DNA of 64,000 bases, taken from assembly GCA_963674705.1 (NCBI GenBank), contig OY771506.1, positions 3,232,001 through 3,296,000 of the forward strand, in the 5' to 3' direction. The notes beneath the pieces were generated by a model. That model saw only the letters and a program-made list of their open reading frames with translations, did no database searches and had not been told where the DNA came from. The stretch comes from Phycisphaeraceae bacterium. Its GTDB lineage: Bacteria > Planctomycetota > Phycisphaerae > Phycisphaerales > Phycisphaeraceae. Position numbers and translations under genes: made by a program. This document shows, piece after piece, positions 37,696 through 47,352 of this stretch (the first letter of the stretch is position 1; every line of letters begins with the position of its first letter).

Positions 37696-38739
37696 ATGTC
37701 AGAGCAGATAGACTTCAAGTTTCACTTTGTCGACAACAATGGCAACAAGCAGGGATTCCTTGCCAAGAAGGGTTCATTCGATGGATCGGTGCTCAAAGTT
37801 GACGGCAACGACATCCCGATCGCTGCGATCGGAAAAGCACTGCGTCGGTTCGATCGTATCGCGGTGACCATCGCAGCGGGCGGAGGCAAGACTCAAACAT
37901 TCGTGATGGCTGTGTCCGGCTCGCCCGGCAAAAAGCTGCATACGTTGATTAACAAGGCCGCCTCTCAACGGCACGCCGAGGCACGCAAAGAGGAGTTGGT
38001 CAAGGCCGGCAAAGTGGATCGCTTCCGCACAGAAGTCTGCCCGCACTGTCAAGCCACCGTGGACCTCTCCGGCTTTGAAGTGACGCCGCAGCTTTATTGC
38101 GACTACTGCGACACCATCATCACACGCGACGGCTCGGGCCCGAAGGATGCGCATACCTTCCAGCTCTGCGATCGGTGCGGCTACTACAGCCAGCCCAAGG
38201 TGTTTACGGTTCTCTACTTTTATTTTCTGCTGGTCGTGTATGGCTGGCAATCCCGGCAGGTCCACTTCTGTAATGCTTGTATGCGTTCTGAAGCATGGAA
38301 GATGCTGTTTGGGAACCTGATTTTCATCATCGGCGTCCCGGTCGCGATCACGCAGTTATGCAGAGCGTACTTCGGCGGGTCGGCGCGCAGTGAATCGTTC
38401 AAGGGACTCGACGGCGCAAACGCGCTGGCGGTGAAAGGAAAGGCCGACAAAGCCAGCGCGATCTACGACCAGATCGCCCAGCGTGTCGGGCCCGCTGCCG
38501 GCATCCATTACAGCCGAGGCCTGGCGCTGCTTCATGCCGGACGAGTCGAGGAAGCCATCGTTTCATTCGAAAGGTCTCTGGCGGATTGCGGCAATTATCA
38601 CGCAGGCGCCGAGAAACTTTATATCTGCTACAAGAAGAGCAATAAGCCCGAACAGGCCGAACTCATCAAGGCGCTATGGACCGGTGATGATGAAGCGATC
38701 GACGCCGCGCTGGATAAGATCGCCGCGGCTTCGTCGTGA
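37696..38739 (+). CDS. Membrane protein with CxxC zinc motifs and C-terminal TPR
   Basis: GGAGG SD; CPHC, CDYC, CDRC, CNAC; hydrophobic segments; TPR-like HYSRGLALLHAGRVEEAIVSFERSL. Confidence 0.8.
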   Translation: MSEQIDFKFHFVDNNGNKQGFLAKKGSFDGSVLKVDGNDIPIAAIGKALRRFDRIAVTIAAGGGKTQTFVMAVSGSPGKKLHTLINKAASQRHAEARKEELVKAGKVDRFRTEVCPHCQATVDLSGFEVTPQLYCDYCDTIITRDGSGPKDAHTFQLCDRCGYYSQPKVFTVLYFYFLLVVYGWQSRQVHFCNACMRSEAWKMLFGNLIFIIGVPVAITQLCRAYFGGSARSESFKGLDGANALAVKGKADKASAIYDQIAQRVGPAAGIHYSRGLALLHAGRVEEAIVSFERSLADCGNYHAGAEKLYICYKKSNKPEQAELIKALWTGDDEAIDAALDKIAAASS

Positions 38740-38763
38740 TCAGCAGAGTCAGCTCAGCTTGTC

Positions 38764-39597
38764 TCACTCAGGTAATGGGCTGGGGGATACGTTCGTGTAA
38801 GGCGTTTCACCCCGCAGTCGTTTCGCCAGGTCCGCGATGATGCGTGGGTCGTGATACGCGCCGCCGTGCGAGCGTGTGAACAGTTCCGGTGCGAGCCAGT
38901 AGGGCGTTTGGGCCGGCGGGGCGGTGTAGTTGTCGCCGACGGTTTTGTCGTTGAGTCTTGTGTAGGCGATGATGGGATAAGTCTCTTCAGCCCGGCCTTC
39001 ATTTAACATCCGTAGGAATTCGCTATCCGGTACCAGGTCACGACTCAGCGGATCAATCGGCTTGCTGTCTTCAGCCAGCTTAGCGCCCTGGTGTGGCGTG
39101 CTGATCGTATACAGATGCGCGATCTGCAAGCGGGGGATCGAAGGCTCGGTAAACGCATCCGACGCGGCGTACCTTGCCGTGATGCCGCCCATCGAAAAAC
39201 CGATCACATCCACTTCGATCGTCTGCGACGGATCATCGCTCGGGTAAGTATCCTCGAGTTTTTCGATCACGAGTTGCCTGCAATCTTCAAAAGTCACACC
39301 CACGCCGCCCGGCACGCTGATGATGCGATCATCCCCCGTCGCTTTGCGCAGTTGCTCCGCCAGGTACGCCGATGCAATACCCATCACATCACCCCAGCCG
39401 CTGATCACGACGACGGGCCGCTTTAGCGTCACCGGCTCCTGACGCATCTGCTTCAGTTCTTTGCGGGCCTGGCTTGAACTTACATCGAACGAGGGGTTGA
39501 CTGTCTTGTCCATCGTATAGGCAGGCACAGTCAGGCTAAGCAGCACGACACCCACGGCCAGGTTCTGTCTGATCGTCAACTTGGTTGGATTGAGCAT
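38764..39597 (-). CDS. Secreted alpha/beta hydrolase (esterase/lipase family), paralogue 2
   Basis: PVVVISGW, GFSMGG nucleophile elbow, TPHQG, RSH; start MLNPT. Confidence 0.88.
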   Translation of the reverse strand: MLNPTKLTIRQNLAVGVVLLSLTVPAYTMDKTVNPSFDVSSSQARKELKQMRQEPVTLKRPVVVISGWGDVMGIASAYLAEQLRKATGDDRIISVPGGVGVTFEDCRQLVIEKLEDTYPSDDPSQTIEVDVIGFSMGGITARYAASDAFTEPSIPRLQIAHLYTISTPHQGAKLAEDSKPIDPLSRDLVPDSEFLRMLNEGRAEETYPIIAYTRLNDKTVGDNYTAPPAQTPYWLAPELFTRSHGGAYHDPRIIADLAKRLRGETPYTNVSPSPLPE

Positions 39598-39611
39598 AGC
39601 CGGACCCTGTC

Positions 39612-40535
39612 TTATTGGTTGTTGACCGTCGTTAATGCTTCTTCGCTCGCATCTATTTCGCCCGGCAGTGGGGCGGCAGGTTCCGTGGTGTACGGCGATT
39701 CCCCACGCAGGCGCTGCGCGATGTCCGCCACGATGCGCGGGTCGCGATACGCATCCATGTGTGACCGCGTAAACGGCTCTGATTCCACCCACCATGGATT
39801 GCGATCGAACGGCGAGGCATACGCATCACCAACAATCGCATCATACCGGCGCGTGTACGGGAAGACCGGATAATCGGCAGCGTTCAGTTCTTCATCGAGC
39901 TTCTGCATAAACTCCGAGCCCGGCCGCATGTCCCATGCCAACGGCCCCGGTGCGATGATCGACGCGACCAGCGCGCCACGGTGCGGCGTACAGATCGTGT
40001 ACAGGTTCGCGATCCGCAGCCTCTGAGTGTCAACATCTTCACCCTCTGCATCCGGATGCATCGCTTCCTGCGAGGCTGCCGAGTAACGGGCGACGATCCC
40101 ACCCATGGAAAAGCCGATCACATCGACCTCTCTCGTCCAGTCATCGCTGTCCGAGGGGAACGCTTCATTGACATGTTTGAGGACTCGATCCCGGCAGCCC
40201 TCGAAAGTGACGCGCCCGCCAAAGCCGACCGCGATGATCCGATCGTCGCCGGTGACCAGCCGCAGTTGCTTGGCCAAGTGGGACGGCGGGTATCCGATCA
40301 CATCCCCCCAGCCGCCCAGCACGATGACAGGTCGCTTAAGCGCCACCGGCTCCTGCTGCATCAACTTCAGGTCGTGCTTCGCCTGTTTGACCGATAACGG
40401 GAATGAAGGATTAGCTGGTTCTTGCGTGCTGCAACCGTTGAGCAGGGCGACCAACGGCAGCAGCCCGATCGCCAGCCACTCGGCCGTTGCCTGCATGCGC
40501 CGGGGTGTTCTACGTGTATTTCGGGCCATGTTCAT
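39612..40535 (-). CDS. Lipoprotein alpha/beta hydrolase (esterase/lipase family), paralogue 1
   Basis: Lipobox LLNGC, PVIVLGGW, GFSMGG, TPHRG, RSH; start 40535 or 40529. Confidence 0.88.
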   Translation of the reverse strand: MNMARNTRRTPRRMQATAEWLAIGLLPLVALLNGCSTQEPANPSFPLSVKQAKHDLKLMQQEPVALKRPVIVLGGWGDVIGYPPSHLAKQLRLVTGDDRIIAVGFGGRVTFEGCRDRVLKHVNEAFPSDSDDWTREVDVIGFSMGGIVARYSAASQEAMHPDAEGEDVDTQRLRIANLYTICTPHRGALVASIIAPGPLAWDMRPGSEFMQKLDEELNAADYPVFPYTRRYDAIVGDAYASPFDRNPWWVESEPFTRSHMDAYRDPRIVADIAQRLRGESPYTTEPAAPLPGEIDASEEALTTVNNQ

Positions 40536-40660
40536 GGTAAAGTCGTCCCGGTTGGATAAACATGACAAGGCACAGCTTGGGGTTGCAGCATGTGCAGGAT
40601 ATGCGAGGATAAGCATTCAGGATAGTCAGGACCACAAGACCACGGCCGGCACGAAGACTT

Positions 40661-42499
40661 ATGGATGAGCAAGTACATATAGGCCAACCCCTGACAAACC
40701 CAAACGATACACAAACCTCGTCGGCTCAGAAGGTGCAAAGTAACCATGCCGGCAGCATCCTGGCCTTGCTGCTGGTGCTGTTTATTTCTGCCGTGCCGAT
40801 GCTCGTCGCCGTCGGGCAGTCGGACTCCAAACGGACGATGGAGAATATCGCTGTCCTCAGCGCCCAGGAAACCTGGCTGCGTCAGCACGGATGGCAGGAC
40901 ATTCAACCGGACCCGGAAGCCTGGCTGATGCCCTCGCGCAACGGCAATCCTCGCATCGTCAAACCCCCATTGGTCATCTGGCTGGACATGCTGGCGTGGA
41001 CCGGCCTGACGCCTGCCGACTCGACCGCCCAGCAGCTCATCACCCGCTCTCGCTACGTCTCCGTCGTCATGGGTTTGATGGTCGTCGCCGGGGTTTACTG
41101 GATGGGTTGCGTGTTGTGGGACCGCAAGATGGCGGTGATCGCTGCGCTATCCGCCGGGACCATGCTCTTCCTGACACGGCAGGCCCGTATCGCCTCCTAC
41201 GACATGCACATGACCGGCTGGGCGACGCTCGCCGTGGCGTCGGCGATCTGGGCGATGAGGCCGTTCGGCCCACCGCAAACCGTCCTCAAGGCCGTTCTCG
41301 GCTGGGGATTCGCCGGGGTCGCGCTTGCAGGCGCGTTTATGAGTAAGGGACCGTTGGCGATACTGGTCGGCGCTGCGCCCGTGCTCTGTACGATGCTGAT
41401 AATCAAGAACAACTGGCGTCGCAATGTGATCGGCCTGATCGGCATGCTCATCGTCGCCGCGGTGCTGACCGCGCCGTGGTACTTGTACATCATGTTCGAG
41501 ATCCGCAACGCCGAGGGAACCCTCCTGCATGAGTACAAGGCCGAGCGGATGGAGTTCCAGACGCCGTTTTATTACCTGGGGCTGCTCGGACTCGTCCTGC
41601 CCTGGTCGATGTGGCTTGTTGCGGGGCTCATTCAGCCGTTCATGCGCGCCGAGGGAGAGCAGCGGCGGCGGCTGATGATCGCCTGGGCGTGGTTCGTCCT
41701 GATCTTCGTCGCCTTCTCGATCCCCGGCGCCAAGCAGCAGCGCTACATCCTGCCGATCGTCCCAGCGGTAGCATTACTCGTAGGTCAACTCTGGCGCTAT
41801 CACGAACAGCTTGCCGAGCAGGGGGAGGTCGATCCCGGCGTGAACCTTTTGCGCGTGCCGCATTGGGTGTGCCTGATCGCGGTGTCCTTACTCATCTGGC
41901 CGTTTTTCACTTCACAAAACTGGATGCTTGCGCATGGCTGGGTGAAAGAGATGCCGATCGGTACACTCTCACAGTGGGTGCTCATACCCGCCGCACTGAT
42001 CTTAATCGTGCTGTCAATCATCGGGACGATCTGGCACTTCCAATGGAAACCGTTGCGGGCCGGGATCGTTACCGCGCTATGGTCGGCCGTGTTGCTCACA
42101 ATCACCTGGTACGCATGGGCCACCGGTGAACGCACGATTCACCCGGTTCGTGCAGATGCCGAAAAGGTCGGCCAGATCGTCGATGGCGGGATCTTTGGCA
42201 TCCTCAAGCACAATAAATACAACACCGCGCCCAACGAGGAGTTCCTGCTCTATTCACGACGCATCATGCCGCCGGTCCGCCCGCGCGAGTTGGCAACCTT
42301 CGGGCAGGATTACAGCTCCGTCTACATCGCTGCCCCCCAGCAGCGCGAAGCTCAGCGTGCACTTCGCCGTAACGGCTACGAACTTGTCATGCCGTTCCAA
42401 CACGATTACGACGAGGTGCTCGATCTCTGGAAACGTAAAGACAAACCAGCCGAAACGGATACCGAGTCATCCGACAACACACCAGATATGGATGAATAA
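40661..42499 (+). CDS. ArnT/PMT-family (GT83/GT39-like) integral membrane glycosyltransferase
   Basis: KPPL..W, ARIASYD, SKGP, PWY, PFYY, K...YILP..P, many TM segments. Confidence 0.88.
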   Translation: MDEQVHIGQPLTNPNDTQTSSAQKVQSNHAGSILALLLVLFISAVPMLVAVGQSDSKRTMENIAVLSAQETWLRQHGWQDIQPDPEAWLMPSRNGNPRIVKPPLVIWLDMLAWTGLTPADSTAQQLITRSRYVSVVMGLMVVAGVYWMGCVLWDRKMAVIAALSAGTMLFLTRQARIASYDMHMTGWATLAVASAIWAMRPFGPPQTVLKAVLGWGFAGVALAGAFMSKGPLAILVGAAPVLCTMLIIKNNWRRNVIGLIGMLIVAAVLTAPWYLYIMFEIRNAEGTLLHEYKAERMEFQTPFYYLGLLGLVLPWSMWLVAGLIQPFMRAEGEQRRRLMIAWAWFVLIFVAFSIPGAKQQRYILPIVPAVALLVGQLWRYHEQLAEQGEVDPGVNLLRVPHWVCLIAVSLLIWPFFTSQNWMLAHGWVKEMPIGTLSQWVLIPAALILIVLSIIGTIWHFQWKPLRAGIVTALWSAVLLTITWYAWATGERTIHPVRADAEKVGQIVDGGIFGILKHNKYNTAPNEEFLLYSRRIMPPVRPRELATFGQDYSSVYIAAPQQREAQRALRRNGYELVMPFQHDYDEVLDLWKRKDKPAETDTESSDNTPDMDE

Positions 42500-42512
42500 T
42501 CACATCTGATTA

Positions 42513-45500
42513 TCAAGCCGGTCTTCGGCGATGCATCAGCCAACCCATCGATCCGATCAGCAAACACGCACTCGTAGGTTCGGGGATGAACGCCAGCACT
42601 TCAGCCGGTGGCGTGCCCGCGTTCCAGTTATTCAGCACGATGTCCAGATCGTCCAGCCCGACAAAACCATCACCGGACGGATCACCCAACGTCCATACAC
42701 CGGCCGTGACGTTTGAGTTCCATCCGCTCAGCACGATGTCCAGATCATCCAATCCGACAAAGCCGTCACCATTCAGATCGCCCATCAATCCGGCGTTCAG
42801 CGTCACCGTGTTGCTGGCATAGCTGATCCCCAGCCCGACATTCGGCACGACCGGGAACAGAATATTGCTGAACGTGCCCAGTATGCCTGATCCCGCGGTG
42901 AATATCTCGTAGCTGTCGCCGACGCTCGGTGTGTATCCACCCCAAAGCAACACTTCCAGCAGGCCGTCCAGCTCAGCGTTGTCCGCGACTTTCATCCAGT
43001 CAAACGTCACGCCTTGCGTCAGCCCCGCCAGCTCAAACTCGATCTGCCCGCTTCCGGTCTGGATGTAATCCTCCGTAACCAGCGTGCCCGGGGATGAACC
43101 CAGCACGACCGCGCCGTCATTGACCACTTCCACACCGATCTGTGCGCCGTCAAGCGCAGTCATTGTCGTGCCGTTTGAAATCTTCAAAGAAGCCGAACCG
43201 TTGATACCGGCTGTCGGACGCACGAGCAGATCGCCCAGCATCGTCAGGTCCGCGTGGATGGTCGTGCTGCTGCCGTTCTCAAATGTGGTCACCGCTTTGA
43301 TCTGTGCCGCATCGGTGCTGACATTCAGCAAGGCGAACTGATTCAGCGCCGGCGCGATAAACGATCCACCGCTGAAGTCGATTGCGCCATGGTTCGCCAG
43401 CCCGCCGAAGTCCATGCTGAACTGCTGGCCCGTGCCGATGTTCAACGTGCCGCTGAAACTTGCGATGCCGATGTTCTTGCTGACACGCACATCACCGCTG
43501 ATCGCATTGATCTCACCCGTTCCGCCCGCGCCGTCCAGGTCCAACCCGCCGGTCGGGTTCAACACCAGCACGCCGCCGTCGCCGGTCAGTGTCCCGCTGT
43601 TGCTGAATCCCCCGGCCGTGGCGATCGTCCCGAAACCGGTCGTTAATCCCGCGTTTGTGATCGCCGCTCCCGTCACTGAGCCGCCGTGTAATTCCAGCGC
43701 TTGGAACGTGCCGGTATTCCACGCATTCGTAACATTCAGCACGCCATCCGTATCGTTCGTCCCGATCCGGCCAAGCGTGGAACTTAGCAGCGTACTGGAC
43801 ACATTCAGCGTGCCGTTATCCGCAAACAACCGACCGCCCAGACCGATCGATAAATCATCGGTCGAAATCGTGCCGTAACCCACCAGACGTTTGTTTGTCC
43901 CGACCGCCAATCGCCCCGTGCCGGTGATCGTGCCGCCTGCCAGCAGGTTGTTATCCACCGCATCGCCGCCGCGGATAGAGAACACGTTCCCCGCACCGTT
44001 CACGTTCACCGTCCCGCTGATCGTGGCTCGAGCGTCCCAGCCGGTCCAGCCATTGATACTGGTCGTGCCGGACATCGTGAAGTCCTGCCCGGCGATCGAC
44101 GTGTTCGCGCTGGCAACCGCGTGCGTGATATTCAGCGCACCTGCCATGGTCCACGGATTAGGCGTATTCACGGTCAACTGCGCAAAACCGCTGTTGATGT
44201 TGATCGTACCGTTGTAAATATCATTGGTTGTATCGATATTGTTCGCGTTGATTGTCAGATCATCATTGAGTGTTGTGCTCGTTCCCCCGGATGTGCCGTC
44301 CATATCGAAGATCGCAATATTGATCGTCGTCGCCGCATCGATCGTAGCGCTGCCATCCTGCTGGATTGTGCCGTCGCCGCTGTAGTTGCCGCCCGCGTAC
44401 GTTGTCGCACCGTTCAGTTCAAGCTCTGAGCCGGCATCAACACTCACCGTCGCGCTAGAACTGAAACGCGTCGGTGCATTGATATAAGACTGCCCACCGG
44501 TTACGACGATATCCCCGTCGACATCCATCTGCTGGCCGCTGACCGTCGGATTACTTCCGCCCGTGTTCGTCAGGTTCATCGTGCCTTGCATGCCCCAGGC
44601 TGCCGTGGTGTTGACCGCCAGTGTGCCACCGTTGACATTGACCGTGCCGTCGAATCCATCCGTGCCGTTGTCGATAATGCTCGCGTTGATCGTGAACGTC
44701 ACGCCGTCATTGATATTCGTGACTTCCGTACCGCTTGTGCCGTCCCAGTCGTACGTGCCGATCGCGAGTGTTGTGTCGCTGATAACTGTCGCGGTGGCGT
44801 TCTGCTCCAGTTCGCCGAAGCCGACAAAGTCGCCGCCGTTGAACGTGATCGTGCCGTTGAGCACTAACCGGTCTGTTGAACTTGTGATCTCTGTATAAGC
44901 AGTCGGATGAAACTCCACCGCCGCGTTGATCACGCCTGACCCGGTTGCTGACACAGACACGGAGCCGGTGATATTCACCTTCGAGCCGGTCAGTACCGGA
45001 TTGGTCCCGCTATCAACAAACACCAGGCTCCCCGCCATCTCCCAGGGATTGGGGAAGTACAGCGGTAAACCGGTCCCAAGATCAATGGTCGTTCCGGTCG
45101 CGACATTCACCGTTCCGGAATTGATCGTGATCACACCGTTGTGCGCATCATTGATCGCCGCTCCCGTGATGTTCATCGTAGCCCCGGGCTCGACCGTCGT
45201 ATCACTGATCGGCCCACCGTCCCAGTCAAACGTATTCACATCAATATTCACTGTGCTCCCGGCCGTTACCGTCGCGTCGCCGTCCTGCACGAGCGTGCCG
45301 CTACCCGTAAACGTCCCGCCGTTGTAGGTGATCGTGTCGCTGATCGTAACGCCTAACGATAACTCGTCGTCCACATCGTTGATCGTGACGTTCGCCGTTG
45401 AGTAGAACGTGATCTGCCCGTCCAGTTCACCGAGCTTGTCGACATCGATATCACCACGGATGACCGCATCGCCCTGGACCTCCGCTCGATCGGCTGTCAG

Positions 45501-47000
45501 GGTTCCGCCGTCCAAAGTCAGTTGGCCGCTTGAACCCAGTTCCCAACCTTGCGCGAAGTTGATGTACTGGCCCTCACCGACATTCATCTGGCCGTCAAAC
45601 GCATCGCTCAATGTACCGCTGGCAAAATTCATGCTGCCGTTGATCGCATTGATGATCCCGCCGCCGCTGCCGCCGTCCAGGTTCCAGACAGCCCCACCCG
45701 TTGTGGTGAATGTCAATAACGCATCGCCGGTCGCGGTGATCGTCCCGTCATTGCTCAAATTCGACGCAACATCCACCGTGCCCGCACCAATAAGCAAACC
45801 CGGATCGTTGATGTCAAGCGTGTTGACATCGATCAACCCGCCCGTCTCCGGCCGAACCTCGCCCTGGTTCTCTATCCGCAGTGTCGCCGCTTCCAGTTCA
45901 CCACCACTGCGGATAAACAGGTCCGTATCCACATCGGTCACCAACACCGTTTCGGTGACATCGAGTTTGAAGCTTTCGGTATCGACATTCCCGCCCTCAG
46001 CGACGGTCAGGTTGTTCGCATAGCCCGCCGCAGTCAGGTTTGCGGTCACCACCGTTCCGGGATCGCGCACGAATACATCATCGTTGAAGTGCGGCACCGC
46101 GTTGCCGGACCAGTTGGCATCGTTGTTCCAGTTGGTTCCGCCGTAAAACTCTCTGCGCGGCACGTCGAGATTGGTGTAGTTATTGCTCGCCGCCATCGAG
46201 AACAGGTCCGTATGGCTGGGCATCCGCCGTAAACTCACAGCCGCGCCACCCCCGAGCATCATGGCAAAATCGTCATCAAGGTGTGCGATGTCACCAGACA
46301 TCGTCTCGGACGCGATCGTTTCACCAAAGACCCACGCCGTGTCAAAATCGTAATCCGAGTCGACACCGGCTTCATTGGTTGAGGCGGTTGCCGAGGTAGA
46401 TAAACCCAGCGAATGCCCGACCTCGTGCAACACCGTCGACAGCAGGTCCGCGATCCCGTTTGCCGGGCTGCCCACCGGCGCGGTGCCACGGAAGCCGACC
46501 TCGAACGTCTCCGGGATGTCCGCAGCCGTATAGTTGTTGTAGAAGTCAGCCTGTTGTGTGGATGTCAGATCACGCCACAGCGTCTGGGCCATATCAAACT
46601 CGGAGTTGTCCTCCGGCGTCGGATCGATAAACCACGTCCGGTCGTTGTCCAGCCGGATATTCGCCTCCACCTCGCGCCAGTTGCCGCTGCTGTTGTTTTC
46701 ATCCACCAGCGAGTGCATGCCCCACGTCGTCGTGCTGCGCCAGTCCAGGTCCTCGTACCAGAAGTTGATCGTGATCGTCGTGTTGGAATCAATATCCTGG
46801 AAGATGTCTTCGTAGTAAGACTCAGCGAACTCGAACATATCCTGCAGGCCGGTCGCGCTCGAGTCTTGCGCCGGGTTGACCGATTGAGCGTTGTCGTAGT
46901 TCAGGACGATATTGATCGCCGATGCGGGGCCGGCCGTGAGCATGCCTGCCAGCAATCCCCCGATCAAGTGAGTGGTTGCAGCTTTGCGTTCGTATCCCAT
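42513..47000 (-). CDS. Large surface zinc metalloprotease with beta-rich repeats, dockerin and PEP-CTERM
   Basis: Signal peptide, HEVGHSLG, three internal repeats ending F/YD[WM]DG, dockerin repeats, IPEP-TM-RRR; AGGAGG SD. Confidence 0.9.
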   Translation of the reverse strand: MGYERKAATTHLIGGLLAGMLTAGPASAINIVLNYDNAQSVNPAQDSSATGLQDMFEFAESYYEDIFQDIDSNTTITINFWYEDLDWRSTTTWGMHSLVDENNSSGNWREVEANIRLDNDRTWFIDPTPEDNSEFDMAQTLWRDLTSTQQADFYNNYTAADIPETFEVGFRGTAPVGSPANGIADLLSTVLHEVGHSLGLSTSATASTNEAGVDSDYDFDTAWVFGETIASETMSGDIAHLDDDFAMMLGGGAAVSLRRMPSHTDLFSMAASNNYTNLDVPRREFYGGTNWNNDANWSGNAVPHFNDDVFVRDPGTVVTANLTAAGYANNLTVAEGGNVDTESFKLDVTETVLVTDVDTDLFIRSGGELEAATLRIENQGEVRPETGGLIDVNTLDINDPGLLIGAGTVDVASNLSNDGTITATGDALLTFTTTGGAVWNLDGGSGGGIINAINGSMNFASGTLSDAFDGQMNVGEGQYINFAQGWELGSSGQLTLDGGTLTADRAEVQGDAVIRGDIDVDKLGELDGQITFYSTANVTINDVDDELSLGVTISDTITYNGGTFTGSGTLVQDGDATVTAGSTVNIDVNTFDWDGGPISDTTVEPGATMNITGAAINDAHNGVITINSGTVNVATGTTIDLGTGLPLYFPNPWEMAGSLVFVDSGTNPVLTGSKVNITGSVSVSATGSGVINAAVEFHPTAYTEITSSTDRLVLNGTITFNGGDFVGFGELEQNATATVISDTTLAIGTYDWDGTSGTEVTNINDGVTFTINASIIDNGTDGFDGTVNVNGGTLAVNTTAAWGMQGTMNLTNTGGSNPTVSGQQMDVDGDIVVTGGQSYINAPTRFSSSATVSVDAGSELELNGATTYAGGNYSGDGTIQQDGSATIDAATTINIAIFDMDGTSGGTSTTLNDDLTINANNIDTTNDIYNGTININSGFAQLTVNTPNPWTMAGALNITHAVASANTSIAGQDFTMSGTTSINGWTGWDARATISGTVNVNGAGNVFSIRGGDAVDNNLLAGGTITGTGRLAVGTNKRLVGYGTISTDDLSIGLGGRLFADNGTLNVSSTLLSSTLGRIGTNDTDGVLNVTNAWNTGTFQALELHGGSVTGAAITNAGLTTGFGTIATAGGFSNSGTLTGDGGVLVLNPTGGLDLDGAGGTGEINAISGDVRVSKNIGIASFSGTLNIGTGQQFSMDFGGLANHGAIDFSGGSFIAPALNQFALLNVSTDAAQIKAVTTFENGSSTTIHADLTMLGDLLVRPTAGINGSASLKISNGTTMTALDGAQIGVEVVNDGAVVLGSSPGTLVTEDYIQTGSGQIEFELAGLTQGVTFDWMKVADNAELDGLLEVLLWGGYTPSVGDSYEIFTAGSGILGTFSNILFPVVPNVGLGISYASNTVTLNAGLMGDLNGDGFVGLDDLDIVLSGWNSNVTAGVWTLGDPSGDGFVGLDDLDIVLNNWNAGTPPAEVLAFIPEPTSACLLIGSMGWLMHRRRPA

Positions 47001-47228
47001 GACAGCCTCCTTACCGGTTGAGGTGACGAACTGATAAACACAGCGAGCCTATCGCGCAGCCTGACACTGTTTGTATCTGTGATTGAAAGAAAATGAAACC
47101 TCCCCACTCCGCCCTGAGCCCAGAGGCGAGATCCTATCTACATGCTGGTTCTAGAGATAATCGAGACCCCCGCACCTGTCAAGGTTTATCTATATTAAAT
47201 CTGATTTAGTTGTGACAACTTCCCGGGT

Positions 47229-47267
47229 AAAAAAACAACCGGACGCCGTGGGTGGGCGCCCGGTTTC
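47229..47267 (-). terminator. Rho-independent terminator after the 47353-48711 gene
   Basis: Minus strand AACCGGGCGCC...GGCGTCCGGTT then GTTTTTT. Confidence 0.75.
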
Positions 47268-47352
47268 AGTGTTTGTTAACAAGAAAAACGTAAAACGATT
47301 CTTTCGCATGATCCCGGGCCGTTACCTCCGGTTTCACACGCTTAACTTTTGA

